Below are positions 38,120 through 51,030 of a stretch of DNA of 64,000 bases, one piece after another (positions within the stretch are counted from its first letter, which is position 1; each line of letters opens with the position of its first letter). The position numbers were made by a program, and so were the translations under genes. The notes under the pieces were generated by a model, which worked only from the letters and a program-made list of their open reading frames with translations, ran no database searches and was not told the DNA's origin. Location of the stretch: the NCBI RefSeq assembly GCF_001194135.2, contig NC_068992.1, positions 51,757,282 to 51,821,281 on the forward strand, read 5' to 3'. Source of the stretch: Octopus bimaculoides (Eukaryota).

Positions 38120-38520
38120 TCATAATGGGTAGAGCTGACCAGATCTATCAAATAATCTCCATGCCAGCATCTCTACATCCTCCAAGGTGATGTTGAGCCT
38201 CTGGAGATCTTCCCCAATCATGTCCAGCCATTTGGTGCAGGGTCTGCCACAAGAGCTCTTCCAGCCCGCAACTGCTATGTCAAATGAGAATAAAGCCCCA
38301 GTAAGATGATCTATTGGGAGGCAGAGGACATGTCCATACCAGCACATGCAATGGATAGCTATTTAGTGAGAGGCTGCAGACTGATGTGTGTGCACATACA
38401 GTTCTTTGCTGGAAATGTGATGGCAGTGCCGAGAGTTGTGTGCAGGTGAATGGGAAGAACTCTGACTAGCTCCCCATCAACAATGGAGTTATACAAGGCT
38501 AAATGGCCACCCCCTAACAT
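38120..38520 (-). pseudogene. RTE-like LINE RT C-terminal relic
   Basis: CWYGHVLCLPIDHLTGALFSFD...GWKSSCGRPCTKWLDMIGEDLQRLNITLEDVEMLA matches the RLRWxGHV...RGRP..RW.D motif. Confidence 0.75.
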
Positions 38521-38869
38521 TTTCAGCTGTGTCAATTACCTGATGACTCTTAGGTCAACCCAAGAATATGACTAGTATATATTTACCAACATTAAAATAA
38601 GAAAATTCACCTGGCAAGTTTTTAATTTGATTTGAAATATAACTAAAATACTGCAAAGCATTCCAGACCAGGACTCTAACATTTCTTCACTGCATCAAAT
38701 ATAATAATTATCTAAAAGAAAGCAATTTTGTCTCCTCTTACTGTAAACCAAAATTCCATTTAACTGATAATATCATACTGAATGGAAACATTACTATAAT
38801 TACAGCCACTTTTGTTGATATCATTACATGCATTTGTGATAAATATTAACATAAAAAGTGCAAGATATC

Positions 38870-39160
38870 AGGAAAATGGATATACAGACAGGAGAGTAAA
38901 TGGACACATAGATATGACAGAAAATGCATATGTAGACAGGAAAAAAAAATAGATATGTAGATATGTGAAAAATGGGGTATATAGACATAAATGAGAAAAT
39001 GTATCTATATATACACACATGAGAATATATGGATGTATAGACATGAGAAATGATTGGGATATACAGACATAAGAGAAAATGGATGTAGAAATAGGAATGA
39101 AGATAAATATATAGACATGAGAGAAAATAGATGTATAGACATGTGAGAAACTATTTGAAT
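38870..39160. repeat. Degenerate ~22-24 bp minisatellite
   Basis: Recurring unit close to GAGAAAATGGATGTATAGACAT, roughly a dozen copies. Confidence 0.7.
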
Positions 39161-39284
39161 ATATCCTTTCAATCTCATGTAACTGATGTAGCACTGATAA
39201 GAGCAAGTTTCATGTTTAGTGGAGAGATTCAGACATTATTAGTGAATTCAGCAGAGGAATCAAACTAGTATCTCTCTAAACACA

Positions 39285-39600
<316 letters not shown>

Positions 39601-40012
39601 TTGATGTATAGAATTGTAAGAGTAGGGCTATTGCGGTTTTCATTCAAGCAGAGATTCAAATGAATCAATGTGGAGAAAGAGAGGAGCACGAGTGAATACA
39701 ATTCAAAAGACTAACGCAAGTTCTAAGCAGAAGATTAAACAACATAGCTTCGCTGCATTATATATGTTCAGGCCCTGAAGGAGTTTCACAGTGATGATCA
39801 CAGCCTAAAAACTAAGTGAGATAAATGAGGTAGACAGAAGAAGAAATTAACAGACAATAGCCAGGGACACACCTAGAAGTCAGGCCAACAGAGATTGATG
39901 CTGTATATCCAGGAGATTGAACACAATAACAATGAGAAAAAAAAAAAGAAATCAATAGTTATTGTGTTTGATTATGAGTTTATATATAGACATATATGGG
40001 TTTGTATATTTT

Positions 40013-40019
<7 letters not shown>

Positions 40020-40061
<42 letters not shown>

Positions 40062-40151
40062 TTATTTCTGCATGATGTGTGTGTATGGGTGTCTGAATGG
40101 ATGCTTATAGATGCATGCACATACATATTCATATATATATATATTTGTGTA

Positions 40152-40199
<48 letters not shown>

Positions 40200-40837
40200 N
40201 NNNNNNNNNNNNNNNNNNNNNNNNNNNNNNNNNNNNNNNNNNNNNNNNNNNNNNNNNNNNNNNNNNNNNNNNNNNNNNNNNNNNNNNNNNNNNNNNNNNN
40301 NNNNNNNNNNNNNNNNNNNNNNNNNNNNNNNNNNNNNNNNNNNNNNNNNNNNNNNNNNNNNNNNNNNNNNNNNNNNNNNNNNNNNNNNNNNNNNNNNNNN
40401 NNNNNNNNNNNNNNNNNNNNNNNNNNNNNNNNNNNNNNNNNNNNNNNNNNNNNNNNNNNNNNNNNNNNNNNNNNNNNNNNNNNNNNNNNNNNNNNNNNNN
40501 NNNNNNNNNNNNNNNNNNNNNNNNNNNNNNNNNNNNNNNNNNNNNNNNNNNNNNNNNNNNNNNNNNNNNNNNNNNNNNNNNNNNNNNNNNNNNNNNNNNN
40601 NNNNNNNNNNNNNNNNNNNNNNNNNNNNNNNNNNNNNNNNNNNNNNNNNNNNNNNNNNNNNNNNNNNNNNNNNNNNNNNNNNNNNNNNNNNNNNNNNNNN
40701 NNNNNNNNNNNNNNNNNNNNNNNNNNNNNNNNNNNNNNNNNNNNNNNNNNNNNNNNNNNNNNNNNNNNNNNNNNNNNNNNNNNNNNNNNNNNNNNNNNNN
40801 NNNNNNNNNNNNNNNNNNNNNNNNNNNNNNNNNNNNN

Positions 40838-40878
<41 letters not shown>

Positions 40879-41076
40879 CATATTTATATATATGTATATG
40901 TCTATATATACATATATATGTATATTACATATTCATATCTATATATACATATATATGTATATTACATATTCATATATATATATTCATTTATATGTATATT
41001 ACATATTCATGTATATATTCATTTATATATATATATATATATTACATGTACATCTATACATATGTATGTAATATGG

Positions 41077-41107
<31 letters not shown>

Positions 41108-41110
41108 CAG
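40020..41110. repeat. TA-rich microsatellite block around assembly gap (N 40200-40837)
   Basis: Directly visible; source of the 324-393 aa X-rich ORFs. Confidence 0.9.
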
Positions 41111-41719
41111 TCATGCATGGATATACACGCACAGTGAATCCTCATATTATGCTGGCATAGTTTGGACATTTTTATAAGGCAATGTTTTATGGCCAGATGT
41201 CGCTCTTCCTGTTAGCAACCCCCTTAGTTACCATTTGCAATCCATATAAACAACTGTATGTCTATTCTAAACTGGAGGTATGCATGGAAATGTTGAGCGA
41301 AATCATGGCATACAACTGGGAGTTTCCATGAAATAACCTGTTGCAAGGAATACAATAAACTTGCAGATGGAGCAAAGTTGAAGCGAAATGGAAGGTGAAA
41401 ATCTGGTGGAATTGTGAAGTAAAATAGAGCCTTCAATGCTAAAAGAAATGTTTGGAGAAGCTGGATGAAAAGAAAGATATAAAAAAAACCCCAACAATTC
41501 CAAGTTGCTAGAAGGAATATGAGACATCAAGTATATCATATATCTAAGTGCAAGAACGAAATTTGCTTAGGGAGGGCAAATCTATGTCCAACCTTGGCTA
41601 TTCAAAGTGTTTTCATTACCCCCACCTAGTTTTAGGGGATGCACTTGTACTCCCTAAACATTCTGTTCCTGAGCCTATGGGAAAAGTTAAGCAGGCGATT
41701 TGTGCTTGTTCTAACTTGA

Positions 41720-42045
41720 GAAGGTGTATGGCTCATTGGTTAGAGCATCCAGCTCACAATCATGAGGTTGTGAGTTCGATTCCCAGACCTGACTGTGTTG
41801 TGTTCTTGAGTAAGATGCCTTATTTCATGTTGTTCCAGTTCACTCAGCCATAGAAATGTGTTGCGATGTCACTGGTGCCATGCTGTATCAGCCTTTGCCT
41901 TTCCCTTGCATGACATCGGTGGTTGTTATGTATGGGCAACCACTGGCCTTCTATAAACAAATTTACCAGGACTTGTGCTTCAGAGGGTAACTTTCTATGT
42001 GCAATTGCAATCCCATGGTCATTCATGACTGAAGGGGGCCTTTAA
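41720..42045 (+). mobile_element. tRNA-derived SINE with 14-bp target-site duplication
   Basis: TAACTTGAGAAGGT at 41712-41725 and 42043-42056; head GGTGTATGGCTCATTGGTTAGAGC...GAGTTCGATTCCC. Related copy at 51036-51355. Confidence 0.85.
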
Positions 42046-42056
42046 CTTGAGAAGGT

Positions 42057-42780
42057 AATACACAAGAGGTAGCATATCAGTGTGAATATAGTTGCCATTG
42101 AGTATATATAGGAGTAAGGAACAATAAGCAGTGTACATGCCATCGTTGATCCTGAAAAATAAAGAAGGCTGCTGAATATGAAAAATGCACAGGAGAGAGG
42201 GAAAGGGGTCTACACCAAATATTTGCGGTAAAGGAACCCAACTGACAGCAGTCTGAGTGAAGGAGTGATTAGAGATGTAGAGAAAGGGAATGCAGCAGAA
42301 CCTTCAGGCAGAGTTGTTGAGAGGCTGAAAATTATCTGGTGAAGGTGGACATATGCTCATCCTTCACATAGTCAATGAGGTAATAAGGGTAATGTCTTGT
42401 CAAATTACTGATGCTGCTGCATTTTAATCATCTGCAACGAAAGCAAAAGTGTTCTACAATGAATCAACAACTGAACCATCAAACTGACAGATCAGGATAA
42501 GAATGTAATAGAGAGAGATTTAGCACAAATGATTATGAAGCCATTTAGCTGAGATGAGAAGCAGTTTGGCTTTGTTCCAGAATTAAGTACAACTGAAGTC
42601 ATCTTCATTATGAGACATCTATACAAATATTTCACTAAGAACAAATCAAGCATCCTCTGATTTGAAGAAACTGTTTGACAAGGAGTTATGCTCTGAAATA
42701 CTCTTGTTAATCTGGTAGCTGCAAAGAAAATGAAATGCAGATGAATTTTTTTGAGAGATTTGCAAGCCATATGTAGAAAT
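42057..42780 (+). pseudogene. RTE-clade LINE reverse transcriptase relic
   Basis: ERDLAQMIMKPFS*DEKQFGFVPELSTTEVIFIMRHLYKYFTKNK matches the QFGFxPGRSTTDAIF RT motif, with many stops. Confidence 0.7.
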
Positions 42781-43155
42781 GTCAGCTTGGTGAACGTTAG
42801 TAATGAGTTCACCTACACATATATACACACACAAACTTGCACATACTTCATACTGTCACGTGTGTATGTATATATATATATTAGAAGGTTTGGAGGTGAT
42901 GTACAGGTATTATATATTAGAAAAAAATAAGTTTCTCAGAGATTTAGATGGTTGTACATTTACAAGTTTTTATTAATATGTCACATGTTTTTATAAATCA
43001 TATGTTAGCACTTGCATCTATTCTAATAGATTCTTCAGATTTGAAGAATCTATTTGAGTAGATGAAAGCGCTAATATACAATTTATAAAAACATGTGACA
43101 TATTAATAAAAACCTGTAAATGTACAACCATCCAGCTCTCTGAGTACCTTATTAT

Positions 43156-43196
<41 letters not shown>

Positions 43197-45506
43197 CTAA
43201 TCATTTATTATATGTCTAAAATCTTTGTCTGCCAGATGGAAGGTCGAACGACTGCTGTGCCAATGATACCTATTGAGGAAGAAACATGTGTCAACAGCTG
43301 TCCTCTTGTCTCCAGAAAATCAGGCTCTGTTTTGCTTTATAGCACATATCATTTCTAGAGAATTCTTGGTTCTTGAGATTATCTTCTCTTCCCATTTAGA
43401 CTCGGTCCCAATTCCCACCCAGAAAATGTTTTATCTTCTCTTGAAGCAAAGCTATGTTCAATAAATCAAGAATTTATTTTGCATAGCTTTTAATATGCAT
43501 TTAATCATTCTAATTTATATGCATATATGCACACACACACACACTCACATATATAGACACACAGAGACACACATGTATGTATGTATGTATGTATGTATGT
43601 ATGTATGTATCTATCTATATATATAAATATATATAAACATATACACACATGTATAAATTTACTTATATATATATATATATATATATATGTGCATGTGTGC
43701 ATATTTATGCATACACACACACACACACGCACATATGCCTACACACATCTGAAACATATGTATAGATAGACCCCCCCCCCACACACACACACACAAACAC
43801 ACATGAACACAAAGTCGTAATACACAATCATACATGCTTGTATATGTGTGCATGTGTGTGTGAAAAAAATTGTATCTAAAGAAAACAGGATGGACAGTCT
43901 GAAACAATGGCTGACAAGAATAATAGCAAAAACACCACCACCACCACTACCATCACCACCACCACCACCAACAACAACACCAACAACAACAGCAGCAGCA
44001 GCAACAACAGCAATAATAATAATAATAATAATAACAGTAATAATAATAGCTTTGTAAATGCAATATGAAATAGAAACGATTTGCGAAGTGATTGACTATT
44101 TAGTATGAAGCAGCAATTTGTTTGAAAGACGAGTTCAAAGAAATAATGATGAATGGATGTATTGGAGAATGTTGTCCAACTATTGTACTTGGTTATAGAA
44201 GGGGAAAATATAGGTATGGTGTGAGATGAGAGAGGTTGTCTGATTGATTTCTGGAATAAAATCAAATGTAGAAAAACCTAAAAACTTCAACAAATTAAGA
44301 TGATAAAATAATACAAGCCTCTGTTGATAAGATCCATCCTTCTACACTGTGTCATTTTAATATCTGATTAACCTTACAGAAATTAGATTGAAGGGGTTTG
44401 AAACCTGTCTCATTTCATTTGTAAAGACCAATAAATACAAATCTAATTTAATTACTTCTTTTCAAATGCCTGATTGTTTATTGTCATAGGGAGTGTCTTC
44501 ATTGTGACATTGTTGTATTTCTGCCCCTATCAGATATTTTTATCAGTTAAGGTCATTGCTAAGTGGTTTGACAGAATGTGATGGGTCAGAAAACTGCATC
44601 ATACACAAGTGTGTGCTTTGGCATGGTTTCTACGGCCAGACATCCTTCTTAACACCAACCATTTTACAACATGTATTGGTTGCTTCTTTTGTGCTTCTTT
44701 TATGCCACCAGAGCAAATGAGGTCGTGGTGCAGCTCAAGAAAATATGAACCTTGAGGCTGGCAACTTTATTCTAGGAGATGAAAAAGTGAAAGTATGAGA
44801 GAAGGAGCCAAAGCAGGAAAGTTTAACTTGCTGTAGAGGGGCTAAATGGTTAAATCGTGTTTTAAAAGTGACTGTTGGAATAATCAGGTGGAGCTGGAAA
44901 GCCGTAAAAACAACCATGAGGAGAAGTCAGAGTGAACCATTCAAGGTCAAAGTAGGTTGAAATGAATGGAGATGAGGGAGCAGCAATGTGGGTGGAGGTT
45001 GCATGAGTATGTGTTGAGTGAGTGATAGGAAATGGCTGAGGTGAGGGAAGAGTAGGTGACAACTGTAAAGATTGTTTAGGGTTGAAGAGTGGATGCAGTG
45101 AATGGTGGATGACTAATGATATGGGGGTTAGGGAAGAGAGGGAGAGTAGGAGATGACTGAGAGTGTGGAGTAGCCCATGCCATCATAGATACATCTATTG
45201 AACATGTGTTAACAACATCTTTTACTCACTCTTACTCCAGAGTTATTTCCACTCTAAACTCACTTTGTATCTTACCATTTATCATCATCATCATCATCAT
45301 AATCATCACCAATATCATTTTACATCAGGTCTGACATGCCTACGTGGATCAGATAGAGTTTATTGAGGTAGATTTTGTTTCCAGTCATAAATCCTCACTT
45401 GCTTCCATGTTAGAAAATATTTCTCCATGGCCAGACATGTTTGCACAGAAGACTGAAAACGAAGGACACTGCTTGAATGAGGTGACACTTAAAGGTCAAG
45501 ATACAG

Positions 45507-45552
<46 letters not shown>

Positions 45553-47164
45553 ACACACACACAGTTGAATACTTACACCCATGCATCCATACATATACCT
45601 GACCTTTTGCAGTTTCTACTCATCAAATCTATTAGGTAGAAATGAGATAGGTAGAAGAGTGAGAAATGGGGGTGGGTTGAGTGAGAGATAGCAAATGGCT
45701 GAGGTGAGGGAAGAGTAGGTGACAACTGTAAAGGTTGGATAGGGCTGGATAGTGCAGAGAAGCCAATGCCATCATAGACACATAGGCTTTAGTCAAACTG
45801 GGGCTATAAAAGAAGCAACACACAGTTGGACTGATCCTTTAACTAGGCAGTTAAGAAACACACTCTTAAACCACACAGCCAAGCCTGTTTCCTCATATAT
45901 TATCATGTTACATGTAGCACATCATCCAACATGTTAACTATACTTTTTCTGTTCCTTCACTTAGTTCCATGCTATAATAACTTCACTTTATAAATTGTCA
46001 CATTACAAACAGCAGATTATCTGCATAGATACATCTCTCCAAGATGTATTAACTGTAACTTGTTTTTACTCACCATGTCTCTTTAGTTTACTTCTGTATT
46101 AGCCTCACTTCATAAATGATATCATTACATTGAACAGACAATTCAGAATGTGTTCTTACTTGGTTGCTATACATTTTCATATATTTACATTTACATTCCT
46201 AGTTTCACTGCTGTACAGCAACTGGCAGTTTAACATTCACTTCATTTCTTCAATCTATGATATAAAACAGTGCAGTCTTTAAGCCCTGTTACTATCACAT
46301 TGTGTCTATATCAGATCTTCCCATTATTTGTCAAATCATCTAAACAACATTTGGTTAATGAGATTAGGGAAAAGCTTGAAACACTGACAATAGTGTTAGC
46401 ACAATTTACTGAAAATTTCTGACAGAAGTCACCTGAGAATTCTTGTTCTGTGATTCCTTAAACAGCTCTAAACCTTTAGCAATTGTCATTTTATATGAAT
46501 CGTATCTTTACAATTGTGTCACCTAGCTAACAGATCTTATCTTCCATTTACAGCAAGGCATCAAGATATGGCAGCGCGTGATGTTAGCTAAAAGACAATA
46601 GCATTGAATGGAGCCATTGTTCACATTCTATCTGGGGATTCTCTTGTAATTATTTCATTCTAAATACATCTTTGATTCCACAAATATATAAAGTAGCCCT
46701 CTTAAATCAGTAAGGAGATAGAGCTGTATTTTACGTGTTTGATCTTCTTGTAAAATATCAATGAAATCTTCCTCAAAAAGTACTCAAACATTCTAACTCT
46801 GAATATTGCACTACAAGACATAATTCAAAATATAGTAAACTGCTAAATAAAAGAGTTGATCATGGATGAAATGCTTTCACTACTGCTTTGTTCAATCAGG
46901 GCTGATGTGGGACTAAACTGTAGCAGAAACAACAACAGCCACAATAACAACAACCTATTTTCCATGCTATTCAACCCATCAGTTTAAGAGTATGCTTTGC
47001 AACACAAGATTTCAGGCTCACTTCTAATGTACAGCTTCTTAAGGAAAAGTCTTCTGTTAGAACTCTGAGCTGACTAAGAGCTTGTGAGTGAATTTAGTAC
47101 ATGAAAAAGGTGAGAAGGCTATACTGACTGCCCCTCCAGCAACAACAACTCCAAACCGAGAGTC

Positions 47165-47530
47165 AACAGAAGATACACCAGAGACGTGAACACAGCCAGC
47201 ACTCAATTTTGGAGATACTTTGGATTGACCGGAATTGCTTTTAAGCAGTGCTTGTGCAACAACAAGTTTTCCTTTAGGTCTCCAGAAAGACATTACATCA
47301 CATCTCAGGCCAGCCACCTGTGGTGACCTAAGGATGAAGGAACTCCATATGAAATTGAATGGAGGATTATAAGGTAGTCAGGGTTCTATATAAACAGGAA
47401 TGGACAATGTAAGCTTTGCACAGCAGAGAGGGAAAGGATCCTTGAAGACTCGCTGGATTCAGAATGTCTCTTAAGCTCCAGACACAAAATCTTTAGCCCC
47501 TGCCCACATTTCAAACTCTACCTGCTGCAG
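47165..47530 (+). pseudogene. Penelope-like element GIY-YIG endonuclease relic
   Basis: One frame reads NRRYTRDV...RYFGLTGIAFKQ...FSFRSPERHYITSQASHLW*PKDEGTPYEIEWRIIR*...QCKLCTAERERIL...LLSSRHKIFSPCPH. This follows the YIG-xT...SF...LSxHIW.LK...Y.I.W.I...C.LC..E...I...LN.R.E....C.H layout of PLE endonucleases. Confidence 0.75.
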
Positions 47531-47884
47531 ACATGCAATTCTCCGTTCATCAATTAGGGTTGTAAAAAGTATTTGCAGATCAGAACCAGCCTGAGGGTAG
47601 AGGTTCCCTGTTTGCTCTTTAGGGCCATAAGATTTGCCAACTGGACCAGTCTAAGGGAGATAATTCAGACAATATATATTATTCTTTTGTTTACAAATTA
47701 ACTGACTATGACTGTTTTCTCCCTCCAGTTTGAATAGTGGTTATATGCCCATGGCCATTAGAGTCTGACAAGTTATCTCTAAAGCTAAGCTCTTTATGGA
47801 TGCAAAACAATTGGTCACTATGACCAGACATATATTTAGCTTCATATAAATATATATATACACATATAATGTATGTATGTATGC

Positions 47885-48030
<146 letters not shown>

Positions 48031-49545
48031 CGATACGTACGTACTCGAGTTTCAGGGTTATTTCCCTTCTTCATATATATATATATTAAACTTACATATA
48101 TATCACATAACTGTATAGCCATTGACTCTCACTAGTTCACCAGCCCTTGTCTTTCGTCTCACAGTATACTCAAAAACCACTCTACTCATTATGCAGCCTG
48201 GAAATACTTGTTATTCATATTCATATGCATGTATTTATGTTTGTGAATATGTGTTTACATACCAGTCGAAATTGGTACATCAAGTTGCTTCCCTTTATGT
48301 TAAAAATGCCTCTGCTCCATTGGATAATTATAAACCAATAAAAGAAGTACTATACTGGATACTCCTCGGCGTTAAAATGATCAGCAGAAAACTTTGAAAG
48401 GCTGATCATTGAAATCAATAGAAGAATAAAAGAATAAAAGAATTCTTTATATAGTTTGTGTATTTCTGATAAGTGGTTTTGTATTTTATGATGTTCTACT
48501 TCATCTGTCTTTATTAAAGACATTGTTTAATCAGTTATACGTTATTATACGCTAGATAATGGTGCTTTATGGTGAGAACCAATTGGTAATTTATCACACA
48601 AATACATTGAAAATAAAAAGAAAGAAAGAAAAGAATCGCGAGAAGAAAATCAACTACAAAAGTAACTTTTCACTAAGAGATGTTAGCTAAATCTGAATTG
48701 ATCTCTTCAAAATATTACTTCACTTAAACAAAGCTAAAGAAAGAACTTGTATTATATAAAAATAAAGATGAAATAATAGAAGACCTCAAGTAGGAAGCTA
48801 TGTAAGTGCTCAGAGATAAAGTCTTATATTAATACTGACAATCAAAATAACAAATAATTGCAGTTATAAATGAACTTTTTTCTTTTTTATAAAAATGTTT
48901 ATGCTAAAGTATTTGAGAGTAACTTTGCTGAGTATAGAAGATTATAGAAGACTATAGCAAACTAAAATAAATTATGACAGGATATAACAAACAGACTAAT
49001 GACTGCAAACAATTTAAATGAATCATTTCAGAGATTATTATAGCTCAGAAATTTCTAAGATGAAATAGCTTATGGGAATACAATTGCCCAGGTATTTATG
49101 AATATGTGTACAAAAATAAAAGCAGTGAAGCCAGTCTCATACAATTCTTGATCAAAATATAAGCTCATTAACAAAAATATTTTTCTTTCTTAATTTCTGA
49201 CGTAAACGTTTTCCTATCTAACAAGAAAATAATGAAGGTATAGCCATACATAGACATTTTTAAAATCATATAGATTTGAAAATTTTGAAACAGCTACAGA
49301 TGAAAAACATGACATCTCAATGCTTTTTGTATGTGACTAAAAGAAACCTTATCATAAATAAAACGTATGCATTAAATTCAACATGGGAACAAACTGCTTT
49401 TGCTTTTGGAAGTGCTGAATGTGTATTGTATCATACAGAAAAGAATGTAATATTTCAAAGACAGTATAGCTGTGAAAACAACAGAAAGATTGGGTATTTT
49501 ACCCTTGTATGATGGAAAAAAAAAAAAAAAAAAAAAACTGTCAGC

Positions 49546-49617
49546 AGACAGCTACAAGACTCAAACCTGCACCTCCCAGATACTGGCTGAGTATTCTATC
49601 AATTAAGCTATGCTGCC
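49546..49617 (-). pseudogene. tRNA-like head of a SINE (pseudo-tRNA)
   Basis: GGCAGCATAGCTTAATTGATAGAATACTCAG-CCAGTAT-CTGGGAGGTGCAGGTTTGAGTCTTGTAGCTGTC folds roughly as a cloverleaf, but U33 and the TTCRA loop are degenerate. Confidence 0.55.
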
Positions 49618-50052
49618 TACTGACAACAATTTCCACCAAATTAACTCTTTAGACATAGCTTCTTTTGAAATGCAGCAAGCTATGTAAATAAACTTTTTTT
49701 TTGGGGGGGGGAAGCATTAAATTTGTATATCACAGACAAAAATATAATATTTTGAACGCCATATAGCCAGAAAAACATCAGAAAGATTGGTTATTTTACC
49801 CTTGTATGACAGCCATGGGAGTCGAATCTATAGACTTCCATCATAAAACGGTAAAATACCTAATCTTTCTGATGTTTTCCTGGCTATACTGCGTTCAAAA
49901 TATTGCTTTCTTGTCTGTATGATAATAAACATTAAATGTTTTAATATATAATAATTTACAAATAGCTGTATATATCAATGCAAATATGGTAATAAAAGTA
50001 TTTTATTTAAAAAGACATCTGCAACCCTAAAGTGTAGTTTTGTTTAACTTAC

Positions 50053-50076
50053 CTCGGATTTCTGAAGAATGTATAC
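50053..50076 (-). CDS. Candidate 24-nt exon of an unidentified minus-strand transcript
   Basis: TTCATAG| acceptor and CGAG|GTAAGT donor; reads (M)YTFFRNP if spliced to 50213-50310. Confidence 0.3.
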
Positions 50077-50212
50077 CTATGAACTTATAAACATTTATTT
50101 AGTTAAATCAGACAAAAGATGTGCACAAGAGCCACTCAGATGGGCTTGGCATTGACCATGTTCAGATGGTACTTTTGAAGTGCTGGAACATCCACCGATT
50201 CTACTGCCTCAC

Positions 50213-50310
50213 ATGTAGAGGACAGTGATCGCCTGACGACATTCTAAGTGCCAGGTGCCCAGTCTTGGTCTATCCTTAACCCAGAACTGCAGTTCTGTCA
50301 AGGAGATGAG
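50213..50310 (-). CDS. Candidate exon LISLTELQFWVKDRPRLGTWHLECRQAITVLY
   Basis: CCTTTCTACAG| acceptor, AT|GTGAGG donor, one open frame, GC-richer than flanks; no family recognised. Confidence 0.3.
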
Positions 50311-50691
50311 CTGTAGAAAGGTATCTCACAAACGAAACCCACACACATTCACCTTCTAAAAATTGTTGCAAGTAGCTTGCAGAATCATTAGCACACCAGA
50401 CAAAATACTTAGTGGCATTTTGTCTGTTTTTACGTTCTGAATTCAAATTCTGCCAAGGTTGACTATGCCTTTTATCCTTTCAGGGTTGATAAAATAAGTA
50501 CTAGTTCATCACAGTAGGGGGTGGTGTCAATGTAATTGACTGACTTCCTCCCAAAATTGCTGGCCTTGCATCAAAATCTGAAACCAATTGTAAGTTAGTA
50601 GATTTGCAGAATAAATAGAGCTTTTCCTACTTTTTATGTAGATAAAATATAATACTGTCAAGTAATGGCAAAGATTTCATTGATTTCACAC

Positions 50692-50729
<38 letters not shown>

Positions 50730-50752
50730 GCACACACACACTATTTCTATTC

Positions 50753-51030
50753 TGTCTGGTTGGTGAGTGATCCATACTTGAGCTAGATCAAGAGATTTAT
50801 GTTAAATGGTTTCGCAAAGAGAATATCAGATAATATAACCTCAAAATACGGTTCACTACTTAAGTTGTTATGTCTCAAGCTACTGCTATCTAACACCTTC
50901 AGATGATCTCTACTCAACCGCTACACAACGGCTACTCAACAGTCATTCAACCCCTCTACCATGGCTAGACTACCTCTATTTATATGTCTTGGCCGATCCT
51001 ACTTCTTTGCTTGGGGGCGTCGACACAACA
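50753..51030 (-). mobile_element. Possible solo LTR
   Basis: TGT...ACA-bounded block of about 275 bp, CpG-containing, with TATAAATA on the minus strand; no target-site duplication found. Confidence 0.3.

Noticed and set aside
46554-46600. RHQDMAARDV resembling the tyrosine-kinase HRDLAARN motif after a good acceptor
   Set aside because: A stop follows immediately and key residues differ; no other kinase motifs are nearby.
47057-47317. 86-aa minus ORF
   Set aside because: It is antisense to the Penelope GIY-YIG relic on the + strand.
49860-49910. CTGATG...CAAAATATT as a second hammerhead
   Set aside because: The copies read CTGATGT or CTGTTGT rather than CTGATGA, and stem I does not pair.
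50213-50310. Assignment as an alpha-2-macroglobulin/TEP MG2 exon (…PRLGTW…)
   Set aside because: The similarity is a few residues, and no other TEP exons or flanking motifs were found.
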